Assembly (NCBI GenBank): GCA_903906135.1
Contig: CAIVJE010000114.1
Coordinates: forward strand, 78 to 64,077
Reading direction: 5' to 3'
From: an uncultured Verrucomicrobiota bacterium
GTDB lineage: Bacteria > Verrucomicrobiota > Verrucomicrobiia > Opitutales > Opitutaceae
DNA length: 64,000 nt
Part shown: in pieces, positions 19,139-28,078 of the stretch
Layout: each line of letters opens with the position of its first letter
How positions within the stretch are numbered: the stretch's first letter is position 1
Notes under the pieces: generated by a model
Seen by the model: the letters and a program-made list of their open reading frames with translations, nothing else
Told to the model about the DNA's origin: nothing
Database searches by the model: none
Position numbers and translations under genes: made by a program

Positions 19139-20512
19139 ATGAAATTGGCTTCATTCTCATCCCTCTCGCTTTTCCTCACATTGACGCTCACGAGCGTTCC
19201 GCTGGTCGCCCAGCTTAATGACGGTAAGTCTGATCCGGGATTTTCTGTGCCCGCTGCGCTTGACTTGCCGTACGCGCTGGCTTTTGCGCTCGATAATAAT
19301 TTTTCGATCCGACAGGCCAAAGAACGTATCCGGCAACAAGACGGCGTTGTTTTAGAAGTTCGCAGCACCCAGATACCGACGCTGGCCGCGGGTGCGGGCT
19401 ATCAGCGCAATGCGGAGATTATGGGACCCACGGGTGAAGATCGCTACTGGTCATTTAACATCATCGCGAAACAGACTTTATACTCTGGGGGCAATAATAC
19501 CGCCCTCGTGCGCGGTCAGCAGCTGAATCTAGATGCGGCGGTGCTTACCTTGCAGGCGGTGATCAACGATGCTCTGCTCGAGGTTCGCACCCGCTTCTAC
19601 ACTGTTCTGGTTAATCGGGAGCGGATCAAAGTGCAGGAGCAAAATACCGAGTTGCTGAAGCGGCAGTTGCAGGACGTAAAAAATCGTTATGAAGCCGGCA
19701 CTGTTTCAAATTTTGAAGTATTGCGTTCTGAGGTGGCCCTCGCGAATGCACTAACTCCGCTGATCACGGCGCGCAACGACTACCGGTTGGCGATTGAGGA
19801 ACTACGTCGCACCTTAGGCTTCACCACGATTGCAGATAACAATCTGACCAGAATACCCGAATTTGTCGGCACTTTAGATTTTGCCCCCACGAGCTTCGAC
19901 TTGCGCACGGCGCTGGCGGCCGCGCGGGAGCAACGGCCCGATCTCCTCCGTTTGAAGAAATTAGCCCAAGCAGCCGAGGAGGGGATTATTGCTCGCCGAG
20001 CTGGCTATCTGCCCAATCTGGCGCTTTTTGGCGCCTACGACTGGCGGAAGGCGGCCGGCTCGAATAATCTTCCCGGCGATCGTGATGGATGGACCGTGGG
20101 ACTTTCCTCGGCGTGGAATGTTTTTGATGGCCGGGCGACTGCTGGGCGCGTTGCCCAAGCCCGCTCGCTGCTCGCTCAGGCTAATCTTTTTGTCGAGGAG
20201 GCTCAATTATCCGTCGATGTCGATGTTCGTCGGGCTATTTCGACTTTCCAGCAGGCTAACGAACTCGCGGAAGCCTCCAAAAAAGTTGTTGAGCAAGCCA
20301 CGGAGGCGCTGCGCCTCGCCAATGCTCGCTACAATGCTGGCACCGCCACGCAACTTGATGTGCTCACTTCACAGGTTGATCTGACCACCGCTCGACTCAA
20401 TCAGGTGCAGGCTTATTATAGCTATAATGTGGCTGTTGCGACGACCCGCAAAGCGATGGGACTGGCTGACGAGATGCGCCCCACCGGCGAATTGAGCGAT
20501 CCGGCTAAATAA
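19139..20512 (+). CDS. TolC-family outer membrane efflux channel
   Basis: ATG 19139 gives the signal peptide MKLASFSSLSLFLTLTLTSVPLVAQ, followed by duplicated OEP repeats (NRYEAGTVSNFEVL / ARYNAGTATQLDVL). The ORF-track start at 19040 overlaps the RND gene. Confidence 0.9.
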   Translation: MKLASFSSLSLFLTLTLTSVPLVAQLNDGKSDPGFSVPAALDLPYALAFALDNNFSIRQAKERIRQQDGVVLEVRSTQIPTLAAGAGYQRNAEIMGPTGEDRYWSFNIIAKQTLYSGGNNTALVRGQQLNLDAAVLTLQAVINDALLEVRTRFYTVLVNRERIKVQEQNTELLKRQLQDVKNRYEAGTVSNFEVLRSEVALANALTPLITARNDYRLAIEELRRTLGFTTIADNNLTRIPEFVGTLDFAPTSFDLRTALAAAREQRPDLLRLKKLAQAAEEGIIARRAGYLPNLALFGAYDWRKAAGSNNLPGDRDGWTVGLSSAWNVFDGRATAGRVAQARSLLAQANLFVEEAQLSVDVDVRRAISTFQQANELAEASKKVVEQATEALRLANARYNAGTATQLDVLTSQVDLTTARLNQVQAYYSYNVAVATTRKAMGLADEMRPTGELSDPAK

Positions 20513-20516
20513 CCGC

Positions 20517-20539
20517 GCCGCGCTTTGCGGCATTATTTT
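20517..20539 (+). terminator. weak terminator-like hairpin after the tolC-like gene
   Basis: GCCGC-gcttt-GCGGC forms only a 5-bp GC stem, followed by ATTATTTTA. Confidence 0.3.
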
Positions 20540-20616
20540 ATCAGCTCAGACTTCATGCCAATTGCTGGGCAATTTTCATACCTGCCCCCAAATTCATTTC
20601 AGCCCAGCTGAGTAGG

Positions 20617-20871
20617 TTGTCTTGTATGAAATTTCCCCGTCCCCTCTTAGTTGCAATGGGAATGGTCGCGTTGGTTGGCGCGCTACTCGCAACGCTGGCT
20701 TTCCTGCCGGGGGTGCAGCGGTGGGCTCTCCTGCGTGCCGCGGCGCGGCAGCCGAGTTGGCAACTCGAAGTGGCGGACGTGTCTATCGGTTGGCAGAAGA
20801 TTAGCATTCGCGGCGTGGCGCTACAGCACGCTGGGCTGAATATAAAGTTTGATAAACTCATGGCCGCTTAG
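20617..20871 (+). CDS. N-terminal signal-anchor fragment of an AsmA/TamB-like envelope protein, separated from the main body by an in-frame TAG
   Basis: It has the TM anchor MKFPRPLLVAMGMVALVGALLATLAFL followed by AsmA-like beta repeats. It ends at TAG 20869-20871 and is in the same frame as 20923-24192. Confidence 0.6.
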   Translation: MSCMKFPRPLLVAMGMVALVGALLATLAFLPGVQRWALLRAAARQPSWQLEVADVSIGWQKISIRGVALQHAGLNIKFDKLMAA

Positions 20872-20922
20872 TCGCTGCGCCAGCTTCTGTGGTCTCGTCG
20901 CCTCGAAGTTCATCAGCTGACG

Positions 20923-23900
20923 GTGGCGGGTTTGTTGGTTGATGGGCGCCAGCCTGCGGCGCGCTTGGCCTCAGTTGCGGCGGTGGCCGCACCGCTGGGG
21001 GCGGCTGGTTTGCTGGCCCAATGGCGTCTTCCCGTAGAATTTACCTTAGATGATGTCCTGCTTGAGGGGCGGGTCTTATTGCCGGGCGCCGCCGTGGTTG
21101 CTGACCTTAAGCTCACGGGCGGCCAATTTGCGCCAGGTCGAGCAGGAGCGTTGCAGTTGAAGGCTATCTTAAAAAATGCGGCGCCCAACGCTCAGGTCAG
21201 CATTTTGCACGCGCAAATTGATCTGCAAGCGACCCAGGGTCCGGGGAATTATTTTACGCAGATTAGCGTAACGGCGTTAGTCAATGCGTTGGGGAAAAAC
21301 ATTACTGAACAAAGCCAACTCAAGCTTTCGGTCGATTTAGACCAATCTCCTGCCGGGGAGAAATATTCCTTGCACGCCGATACTTTGGTGGGCGGTGTTT
21401 CGGAAAATATTTTAACCCTAGCCGCTAGCTTGCCTCTAGGGGCGCAAGAATACGCTGGGCAATGGTCGCTCAAGGGTCGGACCGCTCAAGTCGAGCCCTT
21501 CTACTTTGGCGGTTTATTGCCCGATTTTAAGGCTAACGGCGATGGGCGGTTTGTTTTTAACCCGGTCCGTGCGGCGCTGAGCCTCCAGGGGAAATTGCAA
21601 GTAGATGTTAATCGACTCGAAGTGCTCAATTCGAGCTGGCGTGACTTGGGGGCAGTGTCGCTCGTGACGCAATTTGATATCACGGGGGCGGGGAGCATGA
21701 TCCGTTTGAACCAGCTTGATGTTCGGCTCAATGGCGCGCAGCCCATCCTCGAGTTGCAGGCGAAGCGGGCCGCTCAATTAAATCTTAAAGAGCAGCGTCT
21801 GCAGGTTGGGCCCGCCGATTCTGGTGACACGCTTGATTTAAATATTATTGGTCTGCCGATTGTGTGGCTCAGTCCCTTGGTCCCTCAGCTCAAACTCACC
21901 GGGGGGCTCATGACGGGTCGACTCACCGCCGTCGTGGAGCAGCAGCGCTTGCACTTGCGCGTGGTGGAGCCGTTGCGTTTCGCGGCGCTGTCGATCACGC
22001 ACAGCGGTCAGCCATGGCTAGAGCGAGCCGAGGTTAGCTTGCAGGCCGAAGCGAAGCTCACCGCCCAAGAATTAGCCGTGCAGATCAGCGAATTAATGGT
22101 GCATACCGCCGCGGGTGATCACCTGAAGGCTCAGGCCACGGTGACGCTCCCTGTCACGCCGGATCCCTCCATTACAGTTAAAGCCAACTACACCGGTGAA
22201 TGGCCGCAGTTGCTGGCCCCTTGGTTACCGGTGGGCCGCATCCGCTCAACCGGACAGATTGAGGCCACAAAAATTGGTGAGAAATTATCGATCCGCCAAC
22301 TCGACTTTGCTTTAACGCGTGAGACGGGTGCGCTGCTCGGTCGGGCGATTGTTTTGCAGCCATTTACCGTGGATCTTGCGGCCAGTCGGGCGTGGATTGA
22401 CCAAACTCCACCTATGGTCGCGAGCAACCGCGGTCAGGGAGATTTAATGCGGCTAACCTGGGGTGCCATCCCTTTGGATAATTTGCCAATTAACTTTGGC
22501 GGCGGAAAGCCCAGCGGAGTAGTGGCGGCGGGGGAATTTTTACTGGTGAACGAAGGCGAGCAGCTGACCCTCCGCGCAGCAGTTCCGTTAAATTTGCGCC
22601 AGCTCGTATGGGCGCAAAGTGGCCGCCGGCTGGTCGATGGCTTACAGCTCACCGCCCAACCGTCGGTTGAATTCACCGGAGCTAAAAATTTTAAACTGCG
22701 GACCGGTGATGTCCTCATTCAGAATTCAGCCGGGGAAAATATTTTTTCTGGTCAAGGTCAGTTGTCGCAGAGCACTGACACTGACCTGCGGGGATCGTTG
22801 ACGCTAGCGGTGGATCTACCGGCTTTATTGGCGCAACCCTTCTGGGGGGCGGCACCGTTGCTGACGGCTGGTCGGGTCAGTGGTGAAATCCGGGTCGCGG
22901 GCAGCGGGCTCAAACAAGTTGAGGCACGTTTGACCAGTAATGGACTCGTAGCCGCGACCGGGAGCGACGCACTGCCGGTCGCTAATTTAAGTTTCCGGAT
23001 GATCGTGCAACCGAGCGGCCAAATCTCGGTGCAGGCTCCGTTGTTATTAGACCGCGCCGGCCGGCGTTCAGATTTGAATTTAAATCTCGAGCTCCAGCCG
23101 CGACTTGGCGGGTACACGGTCGCGGGCCGCGTGAATGGCGCTCAATTAGATTATGCCGATGCCCGCGCGGTGTGGGCCATTGCCAGGGTTGCCACCGCAC
23201 CGCTTCTGGCCACGGGTGCTCCTGCGGTGGCGGTGGAGCCAAACCTTGCTGACATCATGCCAGCTTGGGCACGCTACGATGGACGGGTTATCTTGGATGT
23301 GAAGGCCGTGACGGGTGGAGCCGACTGGGCGATGACCGGCTTGACGGGCGAGGTTAGCCTAGAGCCTGCGCGTTTAGTACTCAGAAAATTGAGTGCGACC
23401 ATGGTCGAGAAAAGTAACTTCGCGGCGCAGGGAGAGATTAAATTTATCGGAGGCCCCAAGCCCTATGCGCTCCAGGCCACTTTTTCGTTGGCGGCTTTTG
23501 ATGCGGGTAAATTTTTTCAGGCACTGACCCCGGCAAAAGCACCAATGGTCGAAGGTTTGTTCACGGTGCAGGGCCATTTTTTGGGGGATGGCCTGACGAT
23601 GCTGGAACTGATGGCGCGCACCCGCGGCACCTTTGAGCTATCAAGCCCGCGGGGCGTTTTTCGTGGCCTCCAGCGGGCGAGTAATAAACTCTCGCTGAGC
23701 TCCAAAGCGGTTGAATTAGGCTCTTCGGTCTTCGGGTCAATTTTTGGATCACAGAAAATAACCCAAGCAGCAGAAAAGGTTGTCGGTACGGCCTATTTTA
23801 TTGATCAGCTCGCGCAGAGTTTAGGTGAATTAAATTTCGAGCAACTCCAGGTGCAACTGGTGCGGGCTGAGAATTTGAATTTGGAGCTTAAGAATTTTAC

Positions 23901-24192
23901 GTTGCGCACTCCCGATTTCCATTTCTCGGGTCAGGGCACGGTTAGTTATAAGGACGGGCAATCATGGCTAGAACAGCCGCTCAGCCTCACGCTAACGATG
24001 GCTGGGCGGGGGAAAATTGAACAAGCTTTGGGCAAACTTAAATTGCTCGATGGCCGTCGCGACGAACTCGATTATGCGACGCTGCGCGACCCACTGACCA
24101 TTACGGGTTCCTTGGCGAAGCCCGATTCCGCGGCATTTTTTACCCGCCTCGCGGCGAGCAAATTCACGGATTTATTTACCCCGGATCCTTAA
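20923..24192 (+). CDS. AsmA-family large envelope protein (main body); the reading frame is open back to 20872
   Basis: 1089-aa beta-rich, repeat-like sequence with no N-terminal signal of its own. The C-terminus ...DPLTITGSLAKPDSAAFF resembles AsmA-family C-termini. The frame is continuous with 20617-20871 except for one TAG. Confidence 0.6.
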   Translation: MAGLLVDGRQPAARLASVAAVAAPLGAAGLLAQWRLPVEFTLDDVLLEGRVLLPGAAVVADLKLTGGQFAPGRAGALQLKAILKNAAPNAQVSILHAQIDLQATQGPGNYFTQISVTALVNALGKNITEQSQLKLSVDLDQSPAGEKYSLHADTLVGGVSENILTLAASLPLGAQEYAGQWSLKGRTAQVEPFYFGGLLPDFKANGDGRFVFNPVRAALSLQGKLQVDVNRLEVLNSSWRDLGAVSLVTQFDITGAGSMIRLNQLDVRLNGAQPILELQAKRAAQLNLKEQRLQVGPADSGDTLDLNIIGLPIVWLSPLVPQLKLTGGLMTGRLTAVVEQQRLHLRVVEPLRFAALSITHSGQPWLERAEVSLQAEAKLTAQELAVQISELMVHTAAGDHLKAQATVTLPVTPDPSITVKANYTGEWPQLLAPWLPVGRIRSTGQIEATKIGEKLSIRQLDFALTRETGALLGRAIVLQPFTVDLAASRAWIDQTPPMVASNRGQGDLMRLTWGAIPLDNLPINFGGGKPSGVVAAGEFLLVNEGEQLTLRAAVPLNLRQLVWAQSGRRLVDGLQLTAQPSVEFTGAKNFKLRTGDVLIQNSAGENIFSGQGQLSQSTDTDLRGSLTLAVDLPALLAQPFWGAAPLLTAGRVSGEIRVAGSGLKQVEARLTSNGLVAATGSDALPVANLSFRMIVQPSGQISVQAPLLLDRAGRRSDLNLNLELQPRLGGYTVAGRVNGAQLDYADARAVWAIARVATAPLLATGAPAVAVEPNLADIMPAWARYDGRVILDVKAVTGGADWAMTGLTGEVSLEPARLVLRKLSATMVEKSNFAAQGEIKFIGGPKPYALQATFSLAAFDAGKFFQALTPAKAPMVEGLFTVQGHFLGDGLTMLELMARTRGTFELSSPRGVFRGLQRASNKLSLSSKAVELGSSVFGSIFGSQKITQAAEKVVGTAYFIDQLAQSLGELNFEQLQVQLVRAENLNLELKNFTLRTPDFHFSGQGTVSYKDGQSWLEQPLSLTLTMAGRGKIEQALGKLKLLDGRRDELDYATLRDPLTITGSLAKPDSAAFFTRLAASKFTDLFTPDP

Positions 24193-24390
24193 AACGGAGA
24201 AAGCCGAGCTGGCTGATGGTTCACGATAGTCGTGTATCCCAGACTTTTTGAGATAAATTCACGCGCATGATCGGCCAATAAACGCGGTGGGTTGAAACTT
24301 TACGTTACCGCGGGACCGGCTATTTTTTCTGAATAGCAGGGGCTGACTTGGCGCTACCGCTGGGCCGGCTTCCGCGAGGAATTTCCTTTT

Positions 24391-26499
24391 ATGAATACTC
24401 ATAATCCGGGCGATATCCGTAATTTTGCCATCGTGGGGCAGGCGACTTGCGGCAAAACTATGTTAGCTGAGGCGATGCTGATGTGTAGTGGGACGATTCA
24501 TCGTTTCGGGAGCATTGCAGCTGGTTCTACGCTATCTGATTATCATGTAGGTGAGCAGCAAAGGCACATCTCGATTCACGGTACGCCCCTTAATTGTGAA
24601 TGGCAGGGGCGGCGCTTTAATTTTATCGATACGCCGGGTTACTTGGATTTTAGCAGTGAAGCCATTAACGCCCTCAAAGTAGCGGATTGCGCCCTGATCG
24701 TGATCAATGCGACTCAGGGTATCGGCGTCGGGACCGAATTGATGTGGAATTATGCTTCGGCGTATGGTCTTCCTAAAATTATAGTCATCAACGGACTTGA
24801 TAAAGAGACGGTAAATTTTGATCGGCTCGTGACAGATATTCGCACGCACTTTGGCTCAGCAATATTTCCGCTACAAGTACCGCTCGATGCCGGCATTGGC
24901 TTTCATCAAGTTTTGGATGTCTTGCGGAGTGAGGTGGTGAGTTACGCGCTCGATCGTTCAGGTAAATATACGGAGCAACCCGCGACGGGTCTTTGGCAGG
25001 AACGCGTGCGCGAGTTGCATCAGGAACTTATTGAGCACGTAGCTGAAAGTGATGATAAATTACTCGAACAATTTTTCTCTGATGGCGGCTTGTCGGAGGC
25101 TTTGTTGCGAACCGGTATTCACCCCGCGGTGCAGAATCAGTTGTTCGTCCCCCTGCTGTGCACGGCCGGTGAAGCTAATATTGGGGTCGCGCGCTTGATG
25201 GATTTCATTGCTAAATATGGTTCTTCACCGGCTGACCGGCAGACGATAGGCGCGACCCTCTGTGAGACGAATGCGCCGTGTCTGGTGCCCCTCGACGGCC
25301 TGGAGCCAGTGGCTTATGTTTTCAAAACGCTCACCGATCCACTCAGTGGTGATTTATCATTCTTCCGCGTTTATTCGGGTGAAATTCATGCGGGCATGGA
25401 ACTGTATAACAGCGAGCGGCGCATGACGGAACGTATTGGGCAACTGTATCGTTTGAACGGCAAGCTACGCACGCCAGTGGAAGCACTCCGCGCCGGCGAT
25501 ATGGGCGCGACGGTGAAATTAAAAGATACCCATACGGGCAATACGCTTTGTCTAGCGCGGCACGCGATCGCCTTGCCTACGGTAAATTATCCTACCCCCT
25601 ACACGCGGGCTGCGCTTCAGCTTAATGCCCCAGGCGATGAGGAGAAGTTGGCCGCGGGCTTGAGTGCCTTACACGAAGAGGATCCCGCGTTTAGCTATCA
25701 CACCGATGCGGAGATCCATCAATTTATCATCGCGGCACAGGGTGAGCTGCATCTGGAGGTCCTGTTTGAGCGATTAAAGCGTCGGTATAAGGTCGATGTA
25801 ACCTTAGCCTCACCCAAAATTCGGTATCGCGAGACCATTCGGGGGGATGCCGAGGCGCGTTACCGGCATAAGAAGCAATCAGGGGGCGCCGGCCAATTTG
25901 CGGAGGTCTGGCTACGGATCGAACCAGGTCCGCGCGATAGTGGCATTGTTTTCACGCAGTCCTTAGCGGGGCAGGATGTTGATCGGGTTTTTGTCCCCTC
26001 CGTAGAAAAAGGGGTGCGTACCCTAGCGCAGGAGGGGATTCACGCTGGCTTTCCCGTCACTGATCTGAAAATTAATTTCTTTGGTGGCAAGATGCACTCG
26101 GTTGATTCGAAGGATATTGCCTTTCAAATTGCGGGATATTTCGCGTTTAGAGAGGCTTTTCAAAAGGCACGGCCTTGTTTGCTTGAGCCCATTCACGAAT
26201 TAGAGATTAGGGTACCGGAGGAATTTGTTGGTCGGGTCGTGGGGGATCTTTCCAGTCGTCATGGCAAAATCCTCGGCATGGATATCGCTGGTCGCTTGCA
26301 ACTGATTCGCGCCCAGGTGCCAGCCGCGTCCCTCTATCATTATGGCACTGTTTTGCGTTCGTTGACTGGTGGTCGCGGGATTCATAATGAAAAATTCAGT
26401 CACTACGAAGAACTTGCCGCCGACCAAAGTAAAAAATTAGTCGCTGAGTACCAAGCTGCTCGTGCCGCCGGCACGGCTGGTCATCATCATGAGCATTGA
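24391..26499 (+). CDS. elongation factor G paralogue (EF-G-like, divergent GTPase motifs)
   Basis: 702-aa ORF with the full EF-G domain order. This comprises a G domain, domain II (VFKTLTDPLSGDLSFFRVYSGE), III, IV (RYRHKKQSGGAGQF) and V. The G1-G4 motifs are non-canonical (see findings). Confidence 0.85.
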   Translation: MNTHNPGDIRNFAIVGQATCGKTMLAEAMLMCSGTIHRFGSIAAGSTLSDYHVGEQQRHISIHGTPLNCEWQGRRFNFIDTPGYLDFSSEAINALKVADCALIVINATQGIGVGTELMWNYASAYGLPKIIVINGLDKETVNFDRLVTDIRTHFGSAIFPLQVPLDAGIGFHQVLDVLRSEVVSYALDRSGKYTEQPATGLWQERVRELHQELIEHVAESDDKLLEQFFSDGGLSEALLRTGIHPAVQNQLFVPLLCTAGEANIGVARLMDFIAKYGSSPADRQTIGATLCETNAPCLVPLDGLEPVAYVFKTLTDPLSGDLSFFRVYSGEIHAGMELYNSERRMTERIGQLYRLNGKLRTPVEALRAGDMGATVKLKDTHTGNTLCLARHAIALPTVNYPTPYTRAALQLNAPGDEEKLAAGLSALHEEDPAFSYHTDAEIHQFIIAAQGELHLEVLFERLKRRYKVDVTLASPKIRYRETIRGDAEARYRHKKQSGGAGQFAEVWLRIEPGPRDSGIVFTQSLAGQDVDRVFVPSVEKGVRTLAQEGIHAGFPVTDLKINFFGGKMHSVDSKDIAFQIAGYFAFREAFQKARPCLLEPIHELEIRVPEEFVGRVVGDLSSRHGKILGMDIAGRLQLIRAQVPAASLYHYGTVLRSLTGGRGIHNEKFSHYEELAADQSKKLVAEYQAARAAGTAGHHHEH

Positions 26500-26519
26500 G
26501 GCTGCTGGCCGGTGCGAAG

Positions 26520-26987
26520 AGTCAGGTAAGCGACCGGATCGCGATTATTAATCAAGGCCGCATCAAGTAGCGGGAAGCACGAGCGAGGTTTAGCATAAAC
26601 CGCGGACACCCTTTTCGCAGATTTTATCGGTCAGGCCAATTTACGCAGCGTTACCGTGATCGGTCGCCATGGGACGACGGCGCGGTGCGCCTTGCTGACG
26701 GACTGGAATTAACGGCCAGTTCAGCTGAGCTCCCCGCCGCGATCCAGTCGGCCTTGGTTTCTATCCGGCCACAAAAAATCCATATCTCAAAACGCCCGGT
26801 TGATGTTGAAAATATTTCCCAGATCCGTGTTCAGGAAGAAATTCTCCAAGGGGCGACCGAGCAACTTTGGTTGATTACCAATCAGGGCGCTCGGCTCCCT
26901 GCGCTGGTGGCCAATGAAAGCGCGATGAACGAAGCCTATCATGAGGCGAACGAGTTTACGGCAGCTTCCATCTCGATGATTTGGTAA
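26520..26987 (+). pseudogene. decayed 3' remnant of an ABC-transporter ATPase gene (PotA/CysA/MalK-like, TOBE-type C-terminus)
   Basis: The pieces lie in different frames. SDRIAIINQGRIK-TAG is in frame 0 from about 26529. TAA-TADTLFADFIGQANLRSVTVIGRH is in frame +1 from 26599. ...VRLADGLELT...VSIRPQKIHIS... is back in frame 0 (track ORF 26685-26987). The Walker A/B half of the gene is absent, because the EF-G-like gene ends at 26499. Confidence 0.7.
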
Positions 26988-27064
26988 TTAGCCAATCGGC
27001 GTACCCCCGCATTGAGTTGCGAGACTGCTTGTGGTTGGCCGGCGCTTGTGGCAGCCTGCTGCTA

Positions 27065-28075
27065 ATGATTTCGGCGGTGCATTTTAAAAATTTTAAAGCG
27101 CTGCGCTCGACGGCGGTTCGCTTGGAGCCCTTCAATCTTTTGATCGGCCCCAGTGGCAGCGGCAAGACGAGCTTGATTGAGGCGCTGCTGCGACTCCGGC
27201 AGCTCGCGGGTCAAGCGGCGGCCCACGGCCCGGCGAGTACATTAACATTTTTAAACGGTCCGCAGATTGAGTTTCATTTTCACCCCCCGTTTCAAAATGT
27301 GCGCGTAACCCTCGGCTGTCAGGCCGATGAACTTAGCTGCCATCAGCTGCGTGTGGATCATCTCCCGGGACTCGTGGGGGCAGGGCAGTGGGCCGAGTTG
27401 CGTACCCAACTGCAAGGGATTCGGGCTTACTTGCTAGATCATCAGGCGATGGGCGCGCCGGTGCTGCGCTCGGCGGGGGGGGGCGAATTGGCCGCTAACG
27501 CCAGCAATCTCGCGGCCGTTTTGGCGCAGCGAGCCCAGCAAGCTCCCGTCGCTTTCGCTCATTTGGTGGCGGATTTTTGCCGGATCATGCCGGAGTTTTC
27601 TGGACTCAGTTTTCGTGGGGTGGGTGAGGGGCACGTTGAGCTGAGGGCAGCGCTGCGCGATAGTCCCGAGCACCTCACTTGTGAAAATTTATCCCAAGGG
27701 ACTCTTTACCTGCTCGCCATCTTGACCCTCGCGCACGATCCCCAGCCGCCGACTTTGTTGTGTCTCGAAGAAGCGGATCGCGGCGTGCATCCTCGCCTGC
27801 TGCGCGAAGTTCGGGACGCCCTGTATCGACTGAGCTATCCGGTGGCAACGGAGACGACTCGGCCGGTGGTGCAGGTGATCGCCACCACGCATTCACCTTA
27901 TTTACTGGATCTATTCCGGGATCATCCCTCCGAAATCGTCTTGGCTCACAAACAAGGGAACGCCGCGACCTTTGAGCGCTTAACCGAACGCCCCGACATT
28001 CTTGAATTAATGCGCGAGACTAATTTGGGTGACTTATGGTACAGCGGGATTTTGGGCGGCATCCCAGGCGATTAA
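27065..28075 (+). CDS. soluble ABC-type ATPase (AAA_21/AAA_15-like), putative defence-module ATPase
   Basis: The N-terminus MISAVHFKNFKALRSTAVRLEPFNLLIGPSGSGKTSLIEAL carries Walker A from nt 27146. It also has a signature-like LSQGT, Walker B LLCLEEAD and an H-loop ATTHSPYLLD. There are no TM segments. The ORF-track TTG start at 26981 overlaps the pseudogene, so ATG 27065 is preferred. Confidence 0.8.
   Translation: MISAVHFKNFKALRSTAVRLEPFNLLIGPSGSGKTSLIEALLRLRQLAGQAAAHGPASTLTFLNGPQIEFHFHPPFQNVRVTLGCQADELSCHQLRVDHLPGLVGAGQWAELRTQLQGIRAYLLDHQAMGAPVLRSAGGGELAANASNLAAVLAQRAQQAPVAFAHLVADFCRIMPEFSGLSFRGVGEGHVELRAALRDSPEHLTCENLSQGTLYLLAILTLAHDPQPPTLLCLEEADRGVHPRLLREVRDALYRLSYPVATETTRPVVQVIATTHSPYLLDLFRDHPSEIVLAHKQGNAATFERLTERPDILELMRETNLGDLWYSGILGGIPGD
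27475..27483 (+). repeat. G9 homopolymer inside the ATPase coding sequence
   Basis: The sequence is tcg gcg ggg ggg ggc, encoding S-A-G-G-G, with nine consecutive G counted by hand. Confidence 0.9.
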
Positions 28076-28078
28076 GGT

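Noticed and set aside
26685-26987. A 100-aa ORF that could be read as an independent small gene, and so a possible third component of the ATPase/Toprim module.
   Set aside because: Its sequence is the TOBE-like tail of an ABC-transporter ATPase. Upstream homologous pieces lie in other frames with stops, so it is best explained as part of a pseudogene.
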